Shown here one piece after another: positions 38,984-49,498 of a stretch of DNA of 64,000 nucleotides; position 1 is the stretch's first letter; the number at the start of each line of letters is the position of its first letter. This stretch comes from Rhizomicrobium sp. (GTDB lineage: Bacteria; Pseudomonadota; Alphaproteobacteria; Micropepsales; Micropepsaceae), in NCBI GenBank assembly GCA_036569005.1, contig DATCRK010000070.1, forward strand, positions 20,534-84,533, in the 5' to 3' direction. The position numbers were made by a program, and so were the translations under genes. The notes below the pieces were generated by a model, which had not been told where the DNA came from, searched no databases, and saw only the letters and a list, made by a program, of their open reading frames with translations.

Positions 38984-39714
38984 ACCAGGTGTGGCCCATC
39001 TTCCGCCGCGAGTTCGCGACCTATTTCGCGACGCCGCTGGCATATGTGTTCATCATCATCTTTCTGTTCGCGATGGGCGCATTCACCTTCTACATCGGCA
39101 ACTTCTATTCTAACGGCGTGGCCGACCTGACGGTCTTCTTCGGCTATCACCCGTGGCTCTATCTCTTCCTCGTGCCGGCCATCGCCATGCGGTTGTGGGC
39201 GGAAGAGCGCCGCACCGGCACCATGGAGTTGCTGCTCACCTTGCCGGTGCCTCTGTGGGCGACGGTGGTCGGCAAATTCCTCGCGGCCTGGGCGTTCACG
39301 GGCATTGCGCTCGCCCTCACCTTCCCGATCTGGCTGACGGTGAATTTCCTGGGCAGCCCCGACAACGGCGTGATCCTTGCGAGCTATATCGGCAGCTTCC
39401 TGATGGCCGGCGGCTATCTCGCCATCGGCGCGGCCATCAGCGCGATGACGAGCAATCAGGTCATCGCCTTCGTGGTGAGCGTGGTGGTGTGCTTCCTGTT
39501 CACGGTGTCCGGCGCGCCCGTCGTGCTGGATTTCTTCCACGACTGGGCGCCACTTCTGCTGCTGAACACCATCGCGTCGTTCAGCTTCCTCACGCATTTC
39601 TCCGCCATCACCGCGGGCGTGATCGATCTGCGCGACGTGATCTATTTCGTCTCGCTGATCGCACTGTTCCTGCTGCTGAACGTGGTCGTCATCGACCTGA
39701 AGCGGACGAGCTGA
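38980..39714 (+). CDS. ABC-2 transporter permease (GldF-like)
   Basis: ATGA overlap. IFRREFATYFATPLAYVFI and EERRTGTMELLLTLPV motifs. Six TM segments. Confidence 0.85.
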   Translation: MNQVWPIFRREFATYFATPLAYVFIIIFLFAMGAFTFYIGNFYSNGVADLTVFFGYHPWLYLFLVPAIAMRLWAEERRTGTMELLLTLPVPLWATVVGKFLAAWAFTGIALALTFPIWLTVNFLGSPDNGVILASYIGSFLMAGGYLAIGAAISAMTSNQVIAFVVSVVVCFLFTVSGAPVVLDFFHDWAPLLLLNTIASFSFLTHFSAITAGVIDLRDVIYFVSLIALFLLLNVVVIDLKRTS

Positions 39715-39715
39715 G

Positions 39716-41560
39716 ATGAAAGCAATCTCCCGCCGCGTCTACGCCATCGCCGCCTTTGTCCTCGCGGTCGTCATCTTCGTTGCGATCAACATCGCAGCGA
39801 ACACCGGCCTCACCGATACCAAGCTGGATCTCACCGAGAACGGCCAGTTCACGCTGGCGCAAGGCACCAAGCACATCATCGCCGATCTGAAAGAGCCGGT
39901 GACGCTGCGCCTCTTCTATTCCAAGAAGGTCGCCGCCGATTACGCGCAGATCGACGCCTATGCCCGGCGCGTGCGCGACATGCTGCAGGAATATGCGGCG
40001 CGCAGCGACGGCAAGATCATCCTCCAGGAAGTCGACCCGGAACCCTTCACACCGGAAGAAGATGAAGCTTCCGCCAACGGTCTTACCGCCGCGCCGACCG
40101 ACAGCGGCACATCGGTCTATTTCGGCCTCGTTGCGACCAACACGGTGGGCGACAAGGAAGTGGTGCCCTTCTTCACCGCCGAACGTGAGCCTTATCTGGA
40201 ATACGATCTTTCGTCGCTGCTCTATCGCCTCTCCAATCCGAAGAAGCCGAAGGTCGCGATCCTCACCAGCCTGCCCCTCGATGGCGGGATGCAGATGATG
40301 ATGCAGGGCGGCGCGCAGACCAACATGATCTATGCGCAGCTCAAGCAGAGCTACGACGTGCAAATCGTCGATCCGACATTCCTCACGCTGCCGCCGGGCA
40401 CCGACGTGCTCATCCTCGCGCAGCCACCCGCATTGAACGCCGAGCAGACGGGCATGATCGACCAATTCGTGCTGGGCGGCGGCCGCGCGCTGGTGTTCGT
40501 CGATCCAAATTCCGAAATGGCGTCGATGGCGAGCGGCGGCGGCGAGCCCTCCGTCTCCAACCTGCCGCAACTGCTGAAGGCCTGGGGCGTCGTCTACAAT
40601 CCGCAAAAGGTCCTAGCGGATCGCGCGCTGGCGCAAGCTGTGCAGACCTCCGGCGATCCGCGCAATCCCACCACGCGCTATCCGATCTGGCTGCATCTGG
40701 ATGCGGACAATTTCAACAAGAGCGATCAGGTGACGTCGCAGCTTCAGGCCGTGAACCTCGCCAGCGCCGGCGAGATCTCGCCGGTGAAAGGTGCGAGCAC
40801 CACCTTCACGCCGCTGATGTCGTCGTCCAACCAGGCGGGGCTTCTCGATGCGCCGGTCGTACGCATGACGCCGCGCCCGCAGGATCTGTGGAAACTGATC
40901 CAGCCCGCCGGATCGCCCTACACCATCGCCGCGCGCATCACCGGTCCCGCGAAGACCGCGTTCCCGCAGACTGCCAAGCTCAAGTCGGCGAAGGACATCA
41001 ACGTCATCGTCGTGGCGGACAGCGACATCTTCGACGACCGCTTCTGGGTCCACACACAGGATCTGTTCGGCAAGCGCATCGCGCAACCCTTCGCCGACAA
41101 TGCCGCCTTTGTGCTGAATGCGGTGGAGAACCTCACCGGCTCCTCCGATCTCATCTCGCTGCGCACGCGCGCGTCCGCAGATCGGCCCTTCACGGTGGTG
41201 AAGCAGATGCAGGCCGAGGCGCAGGCGCAATATCAGCAGGAAGCCGATGCGTTGCAGGCGCGCCTGTCCGACACCGAGCAGCGCCTGCACGCGCTGGAGC
41301 AGGGGCAGGCGGCGAACGGACAGAACGCCAAGACGCTCACACCCGCGCAGCAATCGGAGATCGAGCAATTCAAGCACGACCTCATCAACACCCGCGCGCA
41401 GTTGCGGGACGTTCAGGCGCGGCTGCGCGCCGACATCGACGCGCTGGGCAGCATCCTCGCTTTCATCAACATCGCGCTCGTGCCGATCCTCGTGGCGCTC
41501 TTCGCGCTGGTGATGGCCTTCATCCGCAGGCGGCGCCGGCGCAAGGCGGTGACGGCATGA
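39716..41560 (+). CDS. GldG-family ABC-system accessory protein
   Basis: N- and C-terminal TM anchors, a large periplasmic domain (LDLTENGQFTLAQGT, VAILTSLP, VFVDPNSE) and a Gln/Ala coiled coil before the last TM segment. 614 aa. Confidence 0.8.
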   Translation: MKAISRRVYAIAAFVLAVVIFVAINIAANTGLTDTKLDLTENGQFTLAQGTKHIIADLKEPVTLRLFYSKKVAADYAQIDAYARRVRDMLQEYAARSDGKIILQEVDPEPFTPEEDEASANGLTAAPTDSGTSVYFGLVATNTVGDKEVVPFFTAEREPYLEYDLSSLLYRLSNPKKPKVAILTSLPLDGGMQMMMQGGAQTNMIYAQLKQSYDVQIVDPTFLTLPPGTDVLILAQPPALNAEQTGMIDQFVLGGGRALVFVDPNSEMASMASGGGEPSVSNLPQLLKAWGVVYNPQKVLADRALAQAVQTSGDPRNPTTRYPIWLHLDADNFNKSDQVTSQLQAVNLASAGEISPVKGASTTFTPLMSSSNQAGLLDAPVVRMTPRPQDLWKLIQPAGSPYTIAARITGPAKTAFPQTAKLKSAKDINVIVVADSDIFDDRFWVHTQDLFGKRIAQPFADNAAFVLNAVENLTGSSDLISLRTRASADRPFTVVKQMQAEAQAQYQQEADALQARLSDTEQRLHALEQGQAANGQNAKTLTPAQQSEIEQFKHDLINTRAQLRDVQARLRADIDALGSILAFINIALVPILVALFALVMAFIRRRRRRKAVTA

Positions 41561-42624
41561 GCATGATCGACGCCATCCGCACCGATCCGCGCCGCCGCAA
41601 TCTGGCCATCCTCGCCGCCGTGGCGCTTATTGCCATCGTGCTGGCGGCGCTCGGCATCCATCACCAGTCCGCGATGATGGGCCCGAAGATCGAGCCGGAA
41701 ACCGTCTTTCCGAAACTGCCGGGCGAGATCCGCAAGGTTGCGCGCATCCATATCGTATCTAAAGCGCATGGCGCGCTCGATATCGCGTTCGATCCGCAGC
41801 ACGGATGGGTGCTGCCGCAACATTCCAACTATCCCGCCTCGTTCGAGACGCTGCGCGCGACCGTCGTAGGCCTCGCGGCGCTGCAGACCATCGAACCGGC
41901 GACGGCGCGCCCCGAGTGGTATGGCAAGATCGCCGTCGACGCACCGCCCAAGGGCAGCGGCACGCTGATCGAACTGCTCAACGACAAAGGTATGCCGTTG
42001 GCCTCGCTCATTCTCGGCAAGGAAACCGATATCGGCGACAGCAGCGGCGCGGCCGGTCTTTACATCCGCAAGCCTGGCGACACGCAAAGCTGGCTCGCGC
42101 GCAGCGTGTTCGAACCGAAGAGCGATGCCGGAAGCTGGCTGGACAGGAACGTCGTCGCCATCGACCAGGCCCGCATCCAGGACGTCGACGTGACGCCCGT
42201 CACCGGCCCCGCCTTCAACGCGCGGCGCGACAAGCCCTCCGATCTCGACTTCACGCTGACGCCGATTCCGCCGGGTCGCGAGCTCGCCTATCCCGGCGCG
42301 CCCGATGCCGTCGCCACCGCGATCAGCGGCTTCAGCTTCGACGACGTGCGGCCCGCGACGGATTTCGATTTCTCCAACGCCCCGCGCATCGTCACCCGCA
42401 CCTTCGACGGGCTGCTGGTGACCGTGAAAATCGTCACGGATGGCCCCGATTTCTGGGCCACCGTCTATGCCGAAGGACTGCCCGGAAAGCAGGACGCCGC
42501 GCGGGAGGCCCGCGCGATAGATGCACATGCCGACGGATGGGCCTATAAGCTGCCGGACTACAAGGGCAAGCTTTTCATGACCACTCTCGATTCCCTGCTG
42601 AAGCCCCTCGCGGCGAAGAAATGA
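41557..42624 (+). CDS. DUF4340-like membrane-anchored periplasmic protein
   Basis: ATGA overlap with the gldG-like stop. N-terminal anchor NLAILAAVALIAIVLAAL. 355 aa. This is the position typical of DUF4340 partners of GldG. Confidence 0.65.
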   Translation: MSMIDAIRTDPRRRNLAILAAVALIAIVLAALGIHHQSAMMGPKIEPETVFPKLPGEIRKVARIHIVSKAHGALDIAFDPQHGWVLPQHSNYPASFETLRATVVGLAALQTIEPATARPEWYGKIAVDAPPKGSGTLIELLNDKGMPLASLILGKETDIGDSSGAAGLYIRKPGDTQSWLARSVFEPKSDAGSWLDRNVVAIDQARIQDVDVTPVTGPAFNARRDKPSDLDFTLTPIPPGRELAYPGAPDAVATAISGFSFDDVRPATDFDFSNAPRIVTRTFDGLLVTVKIVTDGPDFWATVYAEGLPGKQDAAREARAIDAHADGWAYKLPDYKGKLFMTTLDSLLKPLAAKK

Positions 42625-43688
42625 ACGCCGAGCCGATCGTACAGACTGGCGGGGACGTCACGTTCCTGCGCGACTGCTGGTACATGGCCACGCTCGCGCG
42701 CGACGTGAAGCGCGGCGGCATGGTGCGCAAGCTGCTGCTCGGCGAGCCGGTGGTGGTCGGCCGCATGAAGAACGGCGATCTTTTCGCGCTGCGCGATATC
42801 TGCCCGCATCGCGGCGTGCCGTTGTCGGCCGGAAAAGTTCTGAACGATGCGAGCGTGGAGTGCCCCTATCACGGCTGGCGCTTCAAGAAGGATGGCGTGT
42901 GCTCGCTCATTCCGTCCACCGTCGATGGGCAGGACAATATTGATCCGTCGAAAATCCGCGTGCGGTCTTATCCGGTGCGCGAGCAGGATGGATTGATCTG
43001 GGTTTACTTCGCCGCGAACGAACGCGCTGCGCCCACGAACGAGCCACCGCGCGTGCCGGTGCCGAACGCCGCGCCGCGCTGGGTGGAGAGCCAGACTTTC
43101 ACCTGCGGCATCGACCACGCCGTCATCGGCCTGATGGACCCGGCGCATGCACCTTATGTGCATGGCCGCTGGTGGTGGCGCGTGACACCGCGCGAGAAGG
43201 TGAAGCACTACGAACCGCTGCCGAACGGCTTTGTGATGACGCGCCATGCGCCGAGCAAAGCCGCCTACAAGATTCTCGGCGGCGCGGACGTCTCCACCGA
43301 GATCACCTTCGAATTGCCGAGCACCCGTTTCGAGAATATCCGCGGCACCATCTTCGGCCGTCAGGTGGATGTCTCCGGCCTCACCGTCTGCACGCCCATC
43401 GACGCGAACAACACGCAGGTGACGCAGATCTTCTTCTGGCCCGCATGGCTCGGTTTCCTGAAGCCGTTCTTCATGCTACTCGGCCCCACCTTCCTGGGCG
43501 ACGACCGCCGCATCGTGGAACTTCAGAAGCAAGGGCTGGAATTCAATCCCTCCCTCATGCTGATCCAGGATTCGGACGTACCCGCCATGTGGTATCACCG
43601 CTTGAAGAAGGCCTGGGCCGAATCGGTCGCCAACGGCACGCCGTTCGTGAACCCTGTGAAGCCGCGCACGCTGAGATGGCGGAGCTAA
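42621..43688 (+). CDS. Rieske [2Fe-2S] non-heme iron oxygenase (PaO/Tic55-like alpha subunit)
   Basis: Rieske CPHRGVPLS...CPYHGWRF. Mononuclear iron motif DHAVIGLMDPAHAPYVH. ATGA overlap with the upstream gene. Confidence 0.85.
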   Translation: MNAEPIVQTGGDVTFLRDCWYMATLARDVKRGGMVRKLLLGEPVVVGRMKNGDLFALRDICPHRGVPLSAGKVLNDASVECPYHGWRFKKDGVCSLIPSTVDGQDNIDPSKIRVRSYPVREQDGLIWVYFAANERAAPTNEPPRVPVPNAAPRWVESQTFTCGIDHAVIGLMDPAHAPYVHGRWWWRVTPREKVKHYEPLPNGFVMTRHAPSKAAYKILGGADVSTEITFELPSTRFENIRGTIFGRQVDVSGLTVCTPIDANNTQVTQIFFWPAWLGFLKPFFMLLGPTFLGDDRRIVELQKQGLEFNPSLMLIQDSDVPAMWYHRLKKAWAESVANGTPFVNPVKPRTLRWRS

Positions 43689-43840
43689 CGCGCTGAAATC
43701 GCTGTTTTCAGCAACCTGTGCACTGCGGCAATTCGAGGGTTGCGGTTGGCCGATCAAGGGTCTAGACGGTCCCCTTAACCTGCAATCTGACCGGGCCAAA
43801 CGCGCGACTCGCGCGGGAGCGTCCGCGCGCGCGAGATACG

Positions 43841-46800
43841 ATGCCAAAACGCCAAGACATCCATACCGTCATGATCATCGGCGCGGGGCCTATCGTTATC
43901 GGGCAGGCGTGCGAGTTCGACTACTCCGGCGCGCAGGCGTGCAAGGCGCTCAGGGCCGAGGGCTACCGGGTTGTGCTGGTGAACTCCAACCCCGCCACGA
44001 TCATGACCGACCCGGACATGGCGGATGCGACCTATATCGAACCGATCACGCCGGAATTCGTCGAGAAGGTGATCGCGCGCGAAAAGCCGAACGTGCCGGC
44101 GGACAAAAAATTCGTGCTGCTGCCGACGATGGGCGGACAGACCGCGCTCAACACCGCCCTCTCCCTGCGCAAGCGCGGCGTGCTGGAGAAATACGATGTC
44201 GAGCTGATCGGCGCCTCAGCCGACGCTATCGACAAGGCCGAGGACCGCGAACTGTTCCGCCAGGCGATGATGAAGATCGGGCTCGACGTGCCGACCGGCG
44301 TCACGCTGAAAGGCTATCTGCGCCACAAGAAGGATGACGCCGGCAACTTCCTCTATGACGGCCAGAACAATCCCATCATGGAGCTTTCGCCGGAAGCCTT
44401 CGCCCACGCGCTGCAGGCGCTGGATGAAGTCGGCCTGCCCGCCGTCATCCGCCCATCGTTCACGCTCGGCGGCACCGGTGGCGGCATCGCATACAACCGC
44501 GAAGAATATTTCGAGATCGTGGAAGCGGGCCTCGACGCCTCGCCCACCAACGAAGTGCTGATCGAGCAATCGGTTCTCGGCTGGAAGGAATATGAGATGG
44601 AAGTCGTGCGCGACCGCGCCGACAACGCCATCATCATCTGCTCCATCGAGAATGTGGACCCGATGGGCGTGCACACCGGCGACAGCATCACCGTCGCCCC
44701 CGCCCTCACCCTCACCGATAAAGAATATCAGCGCATGCGCTCCGCTTCGATCGCGGTGCTGCGCGAGATCGGCGTGGAAACCGGCGGATCGAACGTGCAG
44801 TTCGCGGTGAACCCGGCGGATGGCCGCATGGTCGTCATCGAGATGAACCCGCGCGTGTCGCGCTCTTCCGCGCTGGCGTCGAAGGCCACGGGCTTCCCGA
44901 TTGCCAAGGTCGCCGCGAAGCTGGCCGTCGGCTACACGCTGGACGAATTGCAAAACGACATCACCAAGGTCACGCCCGCCTCGTTCGAGCCGACCATCGA
45001 TTATGTGGTGACGAAGATCCCACGCTTCGCCTTCGAGAAATTCCCCGGCGCGGAACCCACCCTCACCACCTCCATGAAATCGGTCGGCGAAGCGATGGCC
45101 ATCGGCCGCACCTTTGCGGAGTCGGTGCAGAAGGCGCTGCGTTCCATGGAAACGGGCCTCACCGGCTTCGACGAGATCGAACTCGCCGACGACATGGACT
45201 CGATGCGCGCCGCACTGGCGAAAGCCACGCCGGACCGCCTGCGCATCGCCGCGCAGGCATTGCGCAACGGCATGCCGGTGGAGGATGTCGCGCTGATCGC
45301 GAAATACGATCCGTGGTTCCTGCGCGAGATCGAGCAGATTTTGCAGGTCGAGAAGGACGTGTGCGCCAACGGTCTGCCGAAGGACCGCGACGGCTTCCGT
45401 CGCCTGAAGACGATGGGCTTCTCCGACGCGCGCCTCGCCAAGCTGACGGGCCAGAAGGAGAAGGACGTTCGCGCTGCGCGCCGCGCGCTGAACATCCATC
45501 CGGTGTTCAAGCGCATCGATAGCTGCGCGGCGGAATTCGCAGCGATCACGCCTTATATGTACGCGACCTACGAGACGCCGGTGAATGGGGAGGCCGAATG
45601 CGAGGCCAGGCCGAGCGACAAGAAGAAGATCATCATCCTCGGCGGCGGTCCCAACCGCATCGGTCAGGGTATCGAGTTCGACTATTGCTGCTGCCACGCC
45701 GCGTTTTCGCTGTCGGCGCAGGGTTTCGAGACCATCATGGTCAACTGCAATCCCGAAACCGTCTCCACCGATTACGACACCTCCGACCGTCTCTATTTCG
45801 AGCCGCTGACGGCGGAAGACGTGCTGGAGATCGTGCGCGTCGAGCAAAGCAAAGGCTCATTGGCCGGCGTAATCGTGCAGTTCGGCGGACAGACGCCGCT
45901 CAAGCTCGCCAACACGCTGACCGATGAAGGCGTGCCGATCCTCGGCACCAGCGCCGACGCCATCGACCTCGCGGAAGACCGCAAGCGTTTCCAGGTGCTG
46001 CTCAACGAGCTGAAGCTGAAGCAGCCGAAAAACGCCACGGCCATGACGCCCGAAGAGACGATAGCGGCGGCGAAAGAGATCGGCTTCCCGATCATCCTGC
46101 GCCCGTCTTATGTGCTCGGCGGCCGCGGCATGGTCGTGGTGCCGAACGAAGCGGCGCTCAAGACCACCGTGGCGCAAGGCGACGTGTTCAAGATCTCCGG
46201 CGACAATCCGGTTCTGATCGACGGCTTCTTGCATCACGCGATTGAAGTGGATGTGGACGCTATCGGCGACAGCGACGGCGACGTATGGATTTCCGGCATC
46301 ATGGAACACATCGAGGAAGCCGGCGTGCATTCGGGCGACAGCGCTTGCGCGATCCCGCCGCATTCGCTGCCGAAAAACATCATCGCCGAAATCGAACGGC
46401 AGACCGTCGCCATGGCGAAGGCGCTGAACGTGCGCGGCCTGATGAACGTGCAATACGCGGTGCAGGACGGCGAGATCTATGTGCTGGAAGTGAACCCGCG
46501 CGCCAGCCGCACGGTGCCGTTCGTGGCGAAGGCCATCGGCCTGCCCGTCGCCGCCATCGCCGCGCGCGTCATGTCCGGCGAGAAGCTCAAATCGTTCAAC
46601 CTGAAAAAGCCGAACCCGAACCATATCGCGGTGAAGGAAGCGGTGATGCCGTTCAACCGTTTCCCCGGTGTGGACGTGGTGCTTGGTCCGGAAATGAAAT
46701 CCACCGGCGAAGTGATGGGTCTCGACGAAAACTTCGGCCGCGCCTTTGCGAAAGCACAAGTCGGTGCAGGCCTTCGCCTGCCGCATTCCGGCGTCGTGTT

Positions 46801-47182
46801 CGTCTCAGTGAAGGATGCCGACAAGGATTACACCCTGCAGCCGGTGCGCGATCTGATCGACATGGGCTTCGAGATCATCGCCACCCGCGGCACCGCGCAG
46901 TTCCTGCGCGAGAACGGTCTCGAAGTGAAACAGGTGAACAAGGTTCTGGAAGGCCGCCCGCACATCGTGGATGCCATCAAGAACGGCGAAGTGCAGCTTG
47001 TCTTCAACACGACCGAAGGCACGCAGAGCCTCGCGGACTCCTTCTCCATCCGCCGCACGACGCTGCACCAGAAGGTTCCCTACTACACGACCATCGCGGG
47101 GGCGGCGGCGGCGACCCAGGCGATCCGGGCGCTGCGGGAGGGGTCCCTTGAAGTGGCCCCCCTCCAGTCTTACAATTCCTGA
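43841..47182 (+). CDS. carB: carbamoyl-phosphate synthase large subunit
   Basis: Full-length CarB resemblance with duplicated ATP-grasp halves ([19 protein letters not shown] / [18 protein letters not shown]). 1113 aa. Confidence 0.97.
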   Translation: MPKRQDIHTVMIIGAGPIVIGQACEFDYSGAQACKALRAEGYRVVLVNSNPATIMTDPDMADATYIEPITPEFVEKVIAREKPNVPADKKFVLLPTMGGQTALNTALSLRKRGVLEKYDVELIGASADAIDKAEDRELFRQAMMKIGLDVPTGVTLKGYLRHKKDDAGNFLYDGQNNPIMELSPEAFAHALQALDEVGLPAVIRPSFTLGGTGGGIAYNREEYFEIVEAGLDASPTNEVLIEQSVLGWKEYEMEVVRDRADNAIIICSIENVDPMGVHTGDSITVAPALTLTDKEYQRMRSASIAVLREIGVETGGSNVQFAVNPADGRMVVIEMNPRVSRSSALASKATGFPIAKVAAKLAVGYTLDELQNDITKVTPASFEPTIDYVVTKIPRFAFEKFPGAEPTLTTSMKSVGEAMAIGRTFAESVQKALRSMETGLTGFDEIELADDMDSMRAALAKATPDRLRIAAQALRNGMPVEDVALIAKYDPWFLREIEQILQVEKDVCANGLPKDRDGFRRLKTMGFSDARLAKLTGQKEKDVRAARRALNIHPVFKRIDSCAAEFAAITPYMYATYETPVNGEAECEARPSDKKKIIILGGGPNRIGQGIEFDYCCCHAAFSLSAQGFETIMVNCNPETVSTDYDTSDRLYFEPLTAEDVLEIVRVEQSKGSLAGVIVQFGGQTPLKLANTLTDEGVPILGTSADAIDLAEDRKRFQVLLNELKLKQPKNATAMTPEETIAAAKEIGFPIILRPSYVLGGRGMVVVPNEAALKTTVAQGDVFKISGDNPVLIDGFLHHAIEVDVDAIGDSDGDVWISGIMEHIEEAGVHSGDSACAIPPHSLPKNIIAEIERQTVAMAKALNVRGLMNVQYAVQDGEIYVLEVNPRASRTVPFVAKAIGLPVAAIAARVMSGEKLKSFNLKKPNPNHIAVKEAVMPFNRFPGVDVVLGPEMKSTGEVMGLDENFGRAFAKAQVGAGLRLPHSGVVFVSVKDADKDYTLQPVRDLIDMGFEIIATRGTAQFLRENGLEVKQVNKVLEGRPHIVDAIKNGEVQLVFNTTEGTQSLADSFSIRRTTLHQKVPYYTTIAGAAAATQAIRALREGSLEVAPLQSYNS

Positions 47183-47309
47183 TGTGATCGCTGATTGGGC
47201 AATAGAGAAAGTCCCGGCGTAACAAGTACTTAGCAGATTTATCCAGCGTCCGATCCGGTCCTTCCCGGCCGGAAGGGGCGCTTTTGCCACTCAGGACGTT
47301 AGTAGTGCC

Positions 47310-47783
47310 ATGGACCGTATTCCGATGACCGCCTCGGGCCTCAAGACTCTGGAGGACGAGCTCAACCACCTCAAGAACGTGGAACGCCACGAGATCATTC
47401 AGCACATCGCCGAAGCGCGCGCGCATGGCGATCTCTCCGAAAACGCGGAATATCACGCGGCGAAGGAGAAACAGTCCTTCATCGAAGGCCGCGTGATCGA
47501 GCTGGAAGACATGATCGGCCGCGCCGACGTGATCGATCCCACCAAGCTCAGCGGCAACACGATCAAGTTCGGCGCCACTGTCACGCTGGTGGACGAAGAC
47601 ACCGATGAGGAGAAGAAGTACCAGATCGTCGGCGACCACGAATCCGACATCAAGAAGGGCAAGATCTCGATCTCCTCGCCCATCGCGCGCGCCCTCATCG
47701 GCAAGAACAAGGGCGACAGCGTGGAAGTCGCCGCCCCCGGCGGCGCGCGGTCTTATGAGATTTTGAAAGTCCAGTTCGTTTGA
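47310..47783 (+). CDS. greA: transcription elongation factor GreA
   Basis: [18 protein letters not shown] coiled-coil tip and C-terminal [14 protein letters not shown]. 157 aa. Confidence 0.95.
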   Translation: MDRIPMTASGLKTLEDELNHLKNVERHEIIQHIAEARAHGDLSENAEYHAAKEKQSFIEGRVIELEDMIGRADVIDPTKLSGNTIKFGATVTLVDEDTDEEKKYQIVGDHESDIKKGKISISSPIARALIGKNKGDSVEVAAPGGARSYEILKVQFV

Positions 47784-47787
47784 GAAT

Positions 47788-47924
47788 CCACCCTCCCCTT
47801 GAGGGAGGGTCGACAAAATTCGTAGCGCAGCGAAGAATTTTTCGGGGAGGGGTCAGCTTCAAGAGCGGAGCTACAACCCCTCCCCGAATTGCTTTGCAAT
47901 TCGACCCTCCCTCAAGGGGAGGGT
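47788..47924. repeat. nested palindromic element, family D (CCCTCCCCTTGAGGGAGGGTCGA type)
   Basis: CCACCCTCCCCTTGAGGGAGGGTCGA ... CGGGGAGGGGT..ACCCCTCCCCG ... TCGACCCTCCCTCAAGGGGAGGGTTG. Overlaps the last codons of the methyltransferase gene. Confidence 0.8.
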
Positions 47925-48724
47925 TGATCGCGCACCGCAATCACGGCCGTCATCTCCGCGATCTCTTCGAATCGCCCACCCGGCGACAACTCGGCCAGTT
48001 TCGCGCGCAATTCGTGCTCGAACTGGTCTTTGCGGTCGCCAAGCTTCTGCGGCGCCGTGGTAGAGAGCGAAAATGCGAGGCCGACGATGTCGTCCGCCGT
48101 GCGCGTCACTTTCAGGAACACACTCACCCGCTCGACATGCGAAAATGCCGAATGCATCAGCACGGACTCGTGCGAACGGTGATCGTCGCGCTCGCGCGCC
48201 TGCACATGGAACGAATCCTTGCGGCCATATTCGTCGGCAAGTTCGTGAAACGCCCGACGCCACCGGTTCTCGACCGTCTTGGTGTGGTGATCGTGCAGCA
48301 ACGCGACGCCGCCGTCCGGCGTCACCATCCGGTCCAGGATTTCCAGCGTCGCTTCGCGGTCCATCCAGTGGAAGGCGCGGCCCATCGTCACCAGCTTGAA
48401 CGGCCCGATGCCGGCGGGCATGTCGAACGAACTGCCTTGCCTGAGATCGAGCGTCACACCCGCATCGCGCGCGGCCTCGCCGGCGGCCTCCAGCATGCCC
48501 GGCTCCGGATCGACGCCCGTCACCGCCATTCCCGCTTTCGCGAACGGAACGGCGAGAAGCCCCGGCCCGCAACCGAGGTCCATCACCGCGTCGCCCTCGT
48601 TCAGCTTCATATGCGCGATAACGCGGCGGATGAGCAGATCGGGATAACCGAGCCGGTAGCGGGTGTAATACGGCACCGTGGTCTGGAAGCGGCGCGGATC
48701 GTAGGTCTGGGCGGGATTTGACAT
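47912..48724 (-). CDS. class I SAM-dependent methyltransferase
   Basis: [17 protein letters not shown] motif I and [11 protein letters not shown]. 270 aa. Confidence 0.85.
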   Translation of the reverse strand: MSNPAQTYDPRRFQTTVPYYTRYRLGYPDLLIRRVIAHMKLNEGDAVMDLGCGPGLLAVPFAKAGMAVTGVDPEPGMLEAAGEAARDAGVTLDLRQGSSFDMPAGIGPFKLVTMGRAFHWMDREATLEILDRMVTPDGGVALLHDHHTKTVENRWRRAFHELADEYGRKDSFHVQARERDDHRSHESVLMHSAFSHVERVSVFLKVTRTADDIVGLAFSLSTTAPQKLGDRKDQFEHELRAKLAELSPGGRFEEIAEMTAVIAVRDQPSP

Positions 48725-48781
48725 GTTTGGCTTTGTGCGTGGGGTCTTTATATTAGCCGAGAGAGCGACCGGACGGAATCA

Positions 48782-49489
48782 ATGGCGACAATCGCGCTGG
48801 TGGACGACGACAAGAATATCCTGACCTCCGTCAGCATGCTGCTGGAGCAGGAAGGCTATCAAGTGAAGACCTTTTCAGACGGTGCTGCCGCTCTGACGGG
48901 GCTTTCCGCGTCGCCGCCCGATCTCGCCATTCTCGACATCAAGATGCCGCGCATGGATGGCCTCGAATTGCTGCGCCGCCTGCGCCAGGCCGGTGATCTG
49001 CCCGTGATCTTCCTCACCTCCAAGGACGAAGAGATTGACGAATTGATGGGCCTGAACGCGGGCGCGGACGATTACATCCGCAAGCCTTTCTCCCAGCGCT
49101 TGCTGCTGGAGCGCGTGAAAGCCGTGCTTCGCCGCAATGAAAGCCACAAGCAGCCGCCGGCCGCCGGCGCGCCGGTGGAACCGAAGAAGGAAGCGCTGGT
49201 GCGCGGCAAGCTCGCGCTCGATCCGCAACGCCACGAATGCACATGGGATGGCAAGCCCGTGCGCCTTACCGTCACCGAGTTCCTGATCCTGCAGTGCCTC
49301 GCGCAGCGCCCCGGCTTCGTGAAGAGCCGCGACAACCTGATGGACGCGGCCTACGACGACCAGGTCTATGTCGACGACCGCACCATCGACAGCCACATCA
49401 AGCGCCTGCGCAAGAAGTTCAAGGCGATCGACGACAATTTCGACGCCATCGAGACGCTCTACGGCGTCGGCTATCGCTACAAGGAATAG
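48782..49489 (+). CDS. chvI: OmpR-family response regulator ChvI
   Basis: [65 protein letters not shown]. Strong resemblance to ChvI/BvrR. Confidence 0.92.
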   Translation: MATIALVDDDKNILTSVSMLLEQEGYQVKTFSDGAAALTGLSASPPDLAILDIKMPRMDGLELLRRLRQAGDLPVIFLTSKDEEIDELMGLNAGADDYIRKPFSQRLLLERVKAVLRRNESHKQPPAAGAPVEPKKEALVRGKLALDPQRHECTWDGKPVRLTVTEFLILQCLAQRPGFVKSRDNLMDAAYDDQVYVDDRTIDSHIKRLRKKFKAIDDNFDAIETLYGVGYRYKE

Positions 49490-49498
49490 TGGCACAGC

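Noticed and set aside
43692-43712. A hairpin, GCTGAAA-tcgctgt-TTTCAGC, just after the Rieske oxygenase stop.
   Set aside because: The stem is a short 7 bp with no downstream T-tract. I do not call it a terminator.
47260-47285. A hairpin, CCTTCC-cggcc-GGAAGG, followed at a distance by TTTT, between carB and greA. It could be a carB terminator or a GraL-like greA leader attenuator.
   Set aside because: The stem is only 6 bp, and the T-run is separated from it by GGCGC. This is too weak to call without transcript 3' end data.
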